A DNA stretch of 64,000 nt from Escherichia coli. GTDB lineage: Bacteria; Pseudomonadota; Gammaproteobacteria; Enterobacterales; Enterobacteriaceae. Location: the NCBI RefSeq assembly GCF_030013595.1, contig NZ_CP122768.1. One strand, given 5' to 3'. Under the pieces are notes generated by a model that worked only from the letters and a program-made list of their open reading frames with translations, was not told where the DNA came from and searched no databases. The translations under genes were made by a program, and so were the position numbers. Position 1 is the stretch's first letter, and every line of letters starts with the position of its first letter. Shown here piece after piece: positions 53,522 through 64,000 of the stretch.

Positions 53522-53547
53522 ATTGCCGGGTGGATATCCCCGGCAAT
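53522..53547. terminator. Hairpin between convergent yjcO and gltP (attgccggg / cccggcaat)
   Basis: 9-bp stem with 8-nt loop immediately 3' of the gltP stop; possible bidirectional terminator. Confidence 0.5.
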
Positions 53548-53553
53548 CTTCAA

Positions 53554-54867
53554 TTATTGATCCGCAGTTTTATCAAATTTGCCCAGCACTTCGCGCTCAT
53601 AAGCCAGCGCTTTCTTACGGTCAAATTTGTGTTCCCACTTGGCAATCACCAGCACCGCCAGCGCATTACCCACCACGTTCAGCGCAGTACGCGCCATGTC
53701 GAGGATACGGTCAACACCGGCAATAAACGCCAGACCTTCCAGCGGGATCCCTACGCTGCCCAGCGTTGCCAGCAGCACCACAAACGACACGCCCGGCACG
53801 CCAGCAATCCCTTTCGAGGTCACCATCAGCGTCAGCACCAGAATGATTTCCTGCCAGATGGACAGGTCAATGCCATACAACTGCGCGATGAAGATAGCGG
53901 CAATACTTTGATACAGCGTCGAACCATCAAGGTTAAAAGAGTAACCGGTCGGCACCACGAAACTGGTGATCGACGCCGGTGCACCGTAGGCTTCCATCTT
54001 CTCAATAATTCGCGGCAACACGCTTTCAGAGCTGGCAGTGGAGTACGCCAGAATCAGCTCATCTTTCAGAATACGAATCAGGATCCAGACGCTTAACCCG
54101 CACAGGCGCGCCACAATTCCCAGCACTACCAGCGCGAAGAACAGAATGGCGAAATGCACCAGCAGCACCAGTTTCGCCAGTGGCCACAGAGAAGAGAAAC
54201 CAAAGTTAGCCACCGTCACCGCAATCAGCGCAAACACACCCACCGGCGCATAACGCATCACCATGTGAGTCACTTTAAACATGGTTTCAGAGATGGAGCG
54301 GAACACGGTCACCAGCGGTTCACGATGCGTCGCGGGCAGGGAGGAAAGCCCCAGACCAAACAGCACCGAGAAGAAGATGATCGGCAGCATTTCGCCTTTC
54401 GCCATCGACGCCACAATGTTCGTCGGCACCAGCGACAAAATCGTGCCCATAATGCCGTGAGAACTGCTTTGTACCGCTTCCGTAGTGCTCTGATATTTCG
54501 AGATATCGACGGTCGCCAGCTGCGACATATCCACCCCGGCACCGGGCTGGAAGACGTTCGCCAGAGTGATCCCCAAAATGATGGCGACGGTGGTGATCAC
54601 CTCGAAGTAAATAATGGTTTTCGCACCAATACGCCCGAGCTGTTTGGCATCACCAACACCCGCGATACCCACCACCAGCGTGGAGATCACAATCGGCACA
54701 ACAATCATTTTGATCAGATGGATGAAGATATCACCCGCCGGAGAGAGCAAATTGACGACCAGCCAGTCGCGGCTGTCGCTATGGTAGTGCAGGTAGCTTC
54801 CCAGGAGAATGCCCAGCACCATAGCAAACAGAATCTGCCAGGCCAGGCTGAATTTTATATTTTTCAT
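53554..54867 (-). CDS. gltP: Glutamate/aspartate:proton symporter (DAACS family)
   Basis: ORF track 437 aa, ATG start; typical dicarboxylate/amino acid:cation symporter hydrophobic profile. Confidence 0.93.
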   Translation of the reverse strand: MKNIKFSLAWQILFAMVLGILLGSYLHYHSDSRDWLVVNLLSPAGDIFIHLIKMIVVPIVISTLVVGIAGVGDAKQLGRIGAKTIIYFEVITTVAIILGITLANVFQPGAGVDMSQLATVDISKYQSTTEAVQSSSHGIMGTILSLVPTNIVASMAKGEMLPIIFFSVLFGLGLSSLPATHREPLVTVFRSISETMFKVTHMVMRYAPVGVFALIAVTVANFGFSSLWPLAKLVLLVHFAILFFALVVLGIVARLCGLSVWILIRILKDELILAYSTASSESVLPRIIEKMEAYGAPASITSFVVPTGYSFNLDGSTLYQSIAAIFIAQLYGIDLSIWQEIILVLTLMVTSKGIAGVPGVSFVVLLATLGSVGIPLEGLAFIAGVDRILDMARTALNVVGNALAVLVIAKWEHKFDRKKALAYEREVLGKFDKTADQ

Positions 54868-55208
54868 CAGAATAACTTCCTCAATGGAGCGCCGTTCCCC
54901 GTTCAGAAACGCGAGAACGTGACATACTGCCAGGGCATGAATTGTGTTGCGTTGGTTTGTAGATTTTTTTAACGCTTATGATCAGTATCATTTGCGCGGT
55001 ATGTTGCGCAACCCTTTAACAACAGAGCTTTTCGCTGCATTAATGCATAATAACGCGAGTTTATGGCAGGATTAATGAATAACCATTTGTTATAGAAAGA
55101 TTTTTATTTGTTTAATCTGCAATAATACTGATTAGTGATTATTTTGGGCATATGTTCATTCGATTATTTTTTATGCAACTCAATAACATAATCTCCATCA
55201 CCAGATGA

Positions 55209-55805
55209 TTAATCTGATCTCCGCTGCAACAATTTCGCCATATTAATCGACTCGACCAGCTGTGTCCTGTTGATCCGGGGTGAGTTGAGATCCATCACTT
55301 TTTGCCATAGTTCGATGGCTTGCGCGTAATTCGCCTGCATAAACGCATCGGAAGCCAGCAGCATCAGAGCGGTGATTTCGTTAGAGTCCAGCGCGAGGGC
55401 TTTGTCGATCATTGCGCGAGTCTGGGCGGTCATATGCTGGCTGGCCTGGTAATAAAGCACCGTCGCCAGCGCCGCATACAGTTCAGCGTTCTCACCACGT
55501 AGTTGCAACGCCTGACGGTACGCCAGCAGCGAATTGCTGTAATCGTTTTGCCACAGATAATACTCGCCCAGTAACGCCCATTGTTCGCTGTTTTGTGGAT
55601 TAGTGCGGATTTTATCCTGCAATGCCTGAAGCTGCGCTTTCGGGGTTTGCTGGCTGGCAAACTGATGTAGCGGATCGCGCTGACGCTGATACTCCGCACG
55701 TACCGCCTGCCATTTTGGACTTAACAGATAACTGCCGACACAGAGAAATACCATCAAAATCGTGAGTGTTGTCAGCATTTTCACCGGTATTTGAGGCTGT
55801 TTCAT
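55209..55805 (-). CDS. nrfG: Formate-dependent nitrite reductase complex, TPR-containing heme lyase accessory protein
   Basis: ORF track 55209..55871; the ATG at 55805 ([11 protein letters not shown]) overlaps the nrfF stop and gives 198 aa; TPR repeats. Confidence 0.9.
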   Translation of the reverse strand: MKQPQIPVKMLTTLTILMVFLCVGSYLLSPKWQAVRAEYQRQRDPLHQFASQQTPKAQLQALQDKIRTNPQNSEQWALLGEYYLWQNDYSNSLLAYRQALQLRGENAELYAALATVLYYQASQHMTAQTRAMIDKALALDSNEITALMLLASDAFMQANYAQAIELWQKVMDLNSPRINRTQLVESINMAKLLQRRSD

Positions 55806-56185
55806 CGCTTCGCCCTCACTCGCCAGAGGATCAGTATCATCAGCAGTAACAACACCACTGGCAGCGCCCACAACACCAGCGTCTGACCCGTTAACGGTGG
55901 GTTATAGCGAACAAAATCTCCGTAGCGTTCGGTCATCCAGCCAATGATTTCGACTTCACTTTTCCCCTCTTCCACCATGCTGTAAACCTGATGGCGCATA
56001 CTGACTGCCACCGGCGCATTGGATTCCAGTAAGTTCTGATTTTGGCACTGCGGACAACGTAACTGGCTGGCAATATTTAACGCCTGTTGCTGTTGTTGCG
56101 GATTGGCGAATTGCCAGGTGTCTACAACCTGAGCGCGCGCAAAACAGGTAAATAACAGCAGTAGCGTGAGAAGTCCTTTATTCAT
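55802..56185 (-). CDS. nrfF: NrfF, CcmH-like heme lyase subunit (CxxC thiol-disulfide motif)
   Basis: ORF track 127 aa; signal peptide plus LRCPQC motif; overlaps nrfE 3' end. Confidence 0.9.
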   Translation of the reverse strand: MNKGLLTLLLLFTCFARAQVVDTWQFANPQQQQQALNIASQLRCPQCQNQNLLESNAPVAVSMRHQVYSMVEEGKSEVEIIGWMTERYGDFVRYNPPLTGQTLVLWALPVVLLLLMILILWRVRAKR

Positions 56186-57836
56186 CGCGCTTCCTCCCCC
56201 GCCATCCGCTTAACAATGCGCCCGCAATCATCAACAATCCTCCCCCCCAGATCCAGCGCACACCGCTTTGTACATACAAACGAAAAGCGTAACGATCCGG
56301 CCCAGTTTTCTCCCCCATGACCGCATACCAGTCATGGATGCCGTTCCAGCGAATTGACGGTTCCATCATTTGCTGACGGCGTGCTTCATAAAAACGCCGC
56401 TCCGGCGTCAGTTCACCAATGCGTTGCTGATGGTCAAACAGTGCCACTATCGCTTTTTCGCTGGTGTAATTGCCTCTGGCTTGCAGATCGAGACGCTCAA
56501 AACGGAAGGTGTATCCTGCCAGCGTCACCTGCTGACCCGGCTGTAAATTCAGGCTGATCTCCTGACGGCTGACGCTGGAGACCACGATCCCCGCGGCAAA
56601 TAACAGCACGCCCGCATGCGCCAGCAGCGCCGGAAGCTGCACGCGTTTGCCAGAGACAAACGTCGCCAGCACAATCACCACCAGCATCAACAGACCAAAC
56701 GGTAACGTCGCGCGGTTAAAATACGGCGCGCCAACGGAGAGGCGTCCCCAGCCCAGCAGGCCGTAAATCATCGGATAAAGCGTTCCCACCAGCACGATCA
56801 GGAGCACTGCGCAAAACAGCAACAGCGTAGCGAGGATTAACATTTCCCGCGATAACCCCGAAAAATGCACCGCCGGGCCACCGTCCCGCGCTCGCCAGCC
56901 ATACAGAGCCAGAGACGCAAGGCTAATCAGTGCAAACAGGCTGAACAACGGCACGGCGCGGACGTTATCCAGCGCGAACGCATGAACCGAAACCAGAATG
57001 CCAGAACGGACAATTAAGGTACCCAGCAGCGACAGCATCAGAGTAACTATCGCCAGTAACAGCGACCAGTGGCGGAAAATCCCCCGCTGGCGTGTCAGGG
57101 ACAAACTGTGCAGCAGCGCAGTGGCAGAAAGCCAGGGTAATAAAGAGGCGTTTTCCACCGGATCCCAGAACCACCAGCCGCCCCAGCCCAGTTCGCAATA
57201 GGCCCACCAGGAACCGAGGATGATCCCCGCCGTTAATGCCCCCCAGCCTGGTAGTGCCCAGCGCCAGCAAATTCGGGCGCAGGCACCATCAAACTCGCTG
57301 CGCAGTAAACTCGCCAGCGCCACGCTCGCCGCCACCATCAAACCGCCATACCCGAGATAAAGCAGCGGCGGATGGAAGATAAGACCGGGATGTTGCAGCA
57401 TCGGATTGAGATCGCGGCCTTCGATTGCTGGTGGAAATATCCGCACGAAGGGATCGGACCACAGCACTACAAACAGTAGCAGTGCGGCGAGCATGAGAGA
57501 TAAAACGGCTAGCGTCAGCGGAAATAGCGGATCGGTTTGCTGCCGATAATGCCAGGCAAACAGCGCGCTCCAGGCGGAAAGCAACAGCACCCAAAGCAGC
57601 AGCGAACCTTCATGACCGCCCCACACCGCCGCCAGTTTGAGTTCCCACGACAGCAGGCTGTAGCTATGTTGGGCGACATAAATGACCGAGAAATCGCTGA
57701 TGAGAAAACAATACGTCAGTACGCCAAAGGCGAGCAGCAGGAGCGCGAACTGCGCCAGAATGCCGATGCAAGTGAGTCGCATCATGGCAGGCCAGCGCAA
57801 CCGCACTCCCGCGAAGGCCGTCAACGGGGTCAACAC
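56178..57836 (-). CDS. nrfE: NrfE, CcmF-like heme lyase for the NrfA CWSCK heme site
   Basis: ORF track 56178..57860 (560 aa from TTG); a GTG at 57836 gives 552 aa, the length I recall for NrfE. Start is uncertain by a few codons. Polytopic, with the CcmF-type WGGxWFWD motif. Confidence 0.85.
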   Translation of the reverse strand: MLTPLTAFAGVRLRWPAMMRLTCIGILAQFALLLLAFGVLTYCFLISDFSVIYVAQHSYSLLSWELKLAAVWGGHEGSLLLWVLLLSAWSALFAWHYRQQTDPLFPLTLAVLSLMLAALLLFVVLWSDPFVRIFPPAIEGRDLNPMLQHPGLIFHPPLLYLGYGGLMVAASVALASLLRSEFDGACARICWRWALPGWGALTAGIILGSWWAYCELGWGGWWFWDPVENASLLPWLSATALLHSLSLTRQRGIFRHWSLLLAIVTLMLSLLGTLIVRSGILVSVHAFALDNVRAVPLFSLFALISLASLALYGWRARDGGPAVHFSGLSREMLILATLLLFCAVLLIVLVGTLYPMIYGLLGWGRLSVGAPYFNRATLPFGLLMLVVIVLATFVSGKRVQLPALLAHAGVLLFAAGIVVSSVSRQEISLNLQPGQQVTLAGYTFRFERLDLQARGNYTSEKAIVALFDHQQRIGELTPERRFYEARRQQMMEPSIRWNGIHDWYAVMGEKTGPDRYAFRLYVQSGVRWIWGGGLLMIAGALLSGWRGRKRDE

Positions 57837-57915
57837 GTTGACCCCGAGACTTAACAACAACGCCAGAAAACCGACTTCAGGAAGGAATACGTCCAGAAAC
57901 CACCTCTGTTCTGGC

Positions 57916-58872
57916 TTACGCCACCGTTAACTGCCCGGCGTAGAGAATGAAAAAACGCAGCATCAACACGCCGACCAGGCTGGCCCCACACGCCGCCAGC
58001 ACAGCAGGAATGCCGGAACTGCGATTGACCCACGGTTTGAGCAACATTGGCACAATCAGCCCCAGCCCGGCGACACCAAGCCAGAACCACCACGTCCAGA
58101 AACCGCCGCCCAATGCCGCCACCAGCGCACGCACTTTACCGTCATCGCCCAGGGCCAGTCCGACAAAAAACGCCACCAGCAGGAAGATTTCGCCCCATAC
58201 CACAGGGATCTCCATACGGTGTACAAAGTGCGCTTCCATGGAATGCGGGTTACTGCGTTGGCGTATCGCCATGGCGATCAGCGCCACCGCCGCACCGGAC
58301 GAGATGCCGGAGAAGAGGAACAACACCGGCAGGATCGGGTTATTGAGGAACGGATACGATTTCAGCGCCGATAGCAGAAAGCCGGTATAAGCCCCCAGCA
58401 GCACCGCCAGCACCAGCATCAATGTTTCCAGTCCGCGATGAACGGGCGTCAGCAGGCTCAGAACCTTTTGCACGATCCCCAGCTTCGGCAACCAGCGTTG
58501 TTGCAGGGCAAGCAAATCATGTTCAAAGATTTTCGCCAGCCACAGTACCAGCACCACCATGTAAAGCTGAAACAGCATCACCCCCATCGACATCACCGAG
58601 GTAAAACTGTAGTGGAACATCAGCTTCCAGAAGGTCCACGGTCTTGTCAGGTGGAAGACGAGGATCAACAGACCGAGGATCACCGCGCCCGGCCCGACAA
58701 TCAGCGTGGTGCGCAGCAACGTGCTGTCTGCACCGCCCGCCTGCGGGTAGACGCGACGTAACATCACGGCCAGCGTCACCAGACCAGCAGAAATACCAAT
58801 CAAAAACAGGTAGATGGCAATCGGCCAGTCCCACACCAGCGATTCAAAATGAAATGCGGAAGTCTGCGTCAT
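57916..58872 (-). CDS. nrfD: NrfD, integral membrane quinol-oxidising subunit
   Basis: ORF track 318 aa, ATG at 58872 overlapping the nrfC stop; 8 hydrophobic helices. Confidence 0.9.
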   Translation of the reverse strand: MTQTSAFHFESLVWDWPIAIYLFLIGISAGLVTLAVMLRRVYPQAGGADSTLLRTTLIVGPGAVILGLLILVFHLTRPWTFWKLMFHYSFTSVMSMGVMLFQLYMVVLVLWLAKIFEHDLLALQQRWLPKLGIVQKVLSLLTPVHRGLETLMLVLAVLLGAYTGFLLSALKSYPFLNNPILPVLFLFSGISSGAAVALIAMAIRQRSNPHSMEAHFVHRMEIPVVWGEIFLLVAFFVGLALGDDGKVRALVAALGGGFWTWWFWLGVAGLGLIVPMLLKPWVNRSSGIPAVLAACGASLVGVLMLRFFILYAGQLTVA

Positions 58873-59540
58873 TGGCTCACCTCCCCGTATTTAAACGGTA
58901 CGCGGTACAGCTTCGGTTTGGTTCCCAGCGCCAGCTTGTAGCGGTAAGTGGGCTTCTGGCGCAGCAGTTGCGAAATCTCACTGTTGGGATCGTCCAGATT
59001 GCCAAACGTCAGCGCCTTCGTCGGGCAAGCCTCAACGCACGCGGGCAGCTTACCGGCCTGCAAATTGGTCTTACGGCAGAAATCGCATTTGTCCGCTGTC
59101 TTCGTGACCGGATGGATAAAGCGCACGCGGTACGGACAGGCGGCGATGCAGTACTGACAACCGACGCAGAGATCCGGATTAACATCGACAATCCCGCTGG
59201 CAGCGTCGCGAAAAGACGCACCGGTCGGGCAGACGTCAACGCACGGCGCATGATCGCAGTGCTGGCAAGACTTACGGAAAAAGCGATATTTCACATCAGG
59301 AAATTCGCCCTGCGGCTCGCTACGAATAATCGTCAGGCGCGAGACGCCTTCCGGCACCTTGTTCACTTCCCGACAAGCATCCATACAGGCGGTACAGCCG
59401 ATGCATAACGACTCGTCATGCACCATGCCGTAACGCACCCCATTGATATTCAACGTTTTCGCCACCACGCGTCCTGCGGTGCCGCTGACGGCTGCCAGCA
59501 CGCCGACGCCGGTGAGAAACTGGCGACGAGACCAGGTCAT
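58869..59540 (-). CDS. nrfC: NrfC, 4Fe-4S ferredoxin-type subunit with Tat signal
   Basis: ORF track 223 aa; twin-arginine motif SRRQFL; four CxxCxxCxxxCP clusters. Confidence 0.92.
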   Translation of the reverse strand: MTWSRRQFLTGVGVLAAVSGTAGRVVAKTLNINGVRYGMVHDESLCIGCTACMDACREVNKVPEGVSRLTIIRSEPQGEFPDVKYRFFRKSCQHCDHAPCVDVCPTGASFRDAASGIVDVNPDLCVGCQYCIAACPYRVRFIHPVTKTADKCDFCRKTNLQAGKLPACVEACPTKALTFGNLDDPNSEISQLLRQKPTYRYKLALGTKPKLYRVPFKYGEVSQ

Positions 59541-60103
59541 GGCTGCTCCTTAAGCAACGGAACAGACGCTGGGTTAAAGTTCGGATTGGTACGCTGATCG
59601 CTGTGGCAATCGACGCAAATCTTAATCCGTCCTTTGTCACTTAACGTCTGCATCGTATCTTGCTGTGGATGCAGGGAATGGCAGCTGGCGCACGCCACTT
59701 TGGTTACGTGGACATCGTGTGGCCAGAACGCTTTTTGCAACTGTTCCGGCAGATGGCAGGACATACAGACGCTGTTCTGCTCTCCAACCTTGTACATCGG
59801 CTCGTTAAAGCGCATCACATCTTTCACCCCTTCGCGGTGTTGCGGTGATGGCTGGCCGTGACAGTTGGTGCAGGTGACCGGCAGTTTGTTATTCGGGTTG
59901 ATAACGGAAGCATGTTTGCCATGCATACCTTCGGTATCTGGTTTATGGCAGTCCAGACAGGCGGCATCCGGGTTACGCTGCTGGGTAACTTCGTAGCGAT
60001 CACCAGATGCCTGCGCCGCAGGGGTAGCGGTAATTCCGTTCAGGCTCCACAACAGGCCCGACGCCAGCACCCCGGCAGTTAATAACGAACGTAATACGCT
60101 CAT
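59537..60103 (-). CDS. nrfB: NrfB, pentaheme c-type cytochrome
   Basis: ORF track 59537..60109; the ATG at 60103 (MSVLRSLL) gives 188 aa; five CxxCH motifs. Confidence 0.92.
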   Translation of the reverse strand: MSVLRSLLTAGVLASGLLWSLNGITATPAAQASGDRYEVTQQRNPDAACLDCHKPDTEGMHGKHASVINPNNKLPVTCTNCHGQPSPQHREGVKDVMRFNEPMYKVGEQNSVCMSCHLPEQLQKAFWPHDVHVTKVACASCHSLHPQQDTMQTLSDKGRIKICVDCHSDQRTNPNFNPASVPLLKEQP

Positions 60104-60147
60104 ATTCACTCCATTGTGTTTTCCGCCCCTTGCGAGGCGGAACGGGG

Positions 60148-61626
<1,479 letters not shown>

Positions 61627-61711
61627 TTATTGTTTTTCACGACAGTAACCGCACCTACACTGTCATGACATTGCTCGCCCCTATGTGTAACAAATAACCA
61701 CACTGTGAATG

Positions 61712-61725
61712 TTGTCTTTAATCAA
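61712..61725 (-). promoter_or_regulatory. Putative FNR site of the nrfA promoter (TTGAT-N4-GACAA on the nrfA strand)
   Basis: Minus strand reads ttgattaaagacaa, an FNR-type inverted repeat with one imperfect half-site, about 130 bp upstream of the nrfA ATG. Confidence 0.6.
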
Positions 61726-61743
61726 TTGTAAGTGCATGTAAAA

Positions 61744-61759
61744 TACCACTTTAGAGTTA
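61744..61759 (-). promoter_or_regulatory. Putative NarL/NarP 7-2-7 heptamer pair upstream of the nrfA FNR site
   Basis: taccact tt agagtta: inverted TACYYMT-like heptamers with a 2-bp spacer, centred about 33 bp upstream of the FNR site centre. Confidence 0.55.
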
Positions 61760-61976
61760 GTCAGTATCTTCCTCTTTTTCAACAGCATGCATAACTGCAT
61801 GTTCCTCAAAGAATTAATCAACTTTTGTTGCTGACCTTCAAAAATTACCCTGCCGTTTATTTGCACAATTCTACTTTTGCGTGATCTGTCGCCCAAATAC
61901 TAAACAAAACTGCCAATACCCCTACATTTAACGCTTATGCCACATATTATTAACATCCTACAAGGAGAACAAAAGC

Positions 61977-63935
<1,959 letters not shown>

Positions 63936-63944
63936 CCCACAATT

Positions 63945-63980
63945 GCCGGATGCGGCGTATAACGCCTTATCCGGTCTACA
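63945..63980. repeat. REP element downstream of acs
   Basis: gccggatgcggcgtataacgccttatccggtctaca read directly. Confidence 0.7.
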
Positions 63981-64000
63981 CGCCCCTTTCTTTATAGTGG

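Noticed and set aside
54154-54972. 272-codon ORF antisense to gltP, rich in His/Arg/Gln
   Set aside because: Low-complexity translation of the reverse strand of a transporter gene; no support as a real gene.
57837-57860. Longer 560-codon nrfE start at the TTG at 57860
   Set aside because: The internal GTG at 57836 gives the 552-residue length I recall for NrfE; the exact start remains uncertain without alignment.

Overview
This window reads as a well-characterised Escherichia coli chromosomal segment, in the reverse orientation of the K-12 map around 92-93 min. Gene order is dtpC, lysU, ghoT-ghoS, yjdJ-yjdI, dcuSR, dcuB, fumB, yjdF, melB/melA/melR, adiA-adiY-adiC, eptA-basRS, pmrR, proP, yjcZ-crfC, yjdM, yjdN, the 14-gene phnCDEFGHIJKLMNOP C-P lyase operon, yjdP, yjcS, ytcA-mdtNOP, fdhF, yjcO, gltP, nrfGFEDCBA and acs. 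All calls rest on reading the translations and motifs directly and on recalled knowledge of the E. coli proteins; no database search was run. I do not see a convincing previously undescribed system. The points worth a second look are strain-specific lesions and small or recoded elements: (1) a complete 768-bp IS1 with a perfect 9-bp target duplication splitting melB, plus a separate 1-bp frameshift near the melB 3' end; (2) a short rpiB-like remnant between yjdP and yjcS where I recall K-12 carrying rpiB and the allose operon; (3) an intact phnE, which I recall as frameshifted in K-12; (4) sub-60-codon genes missed by the ORF track, ghoT and pmrR; (5) the fdhF in-frame UGA selenocysteine codon with its downstream hairpin; (6) PmrA-box-like direct repeats upstream of eptA and pmrR. 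Together the IS1 and intact phnE suggest an E. coli B-like rather than K-12 background, but that is inference.
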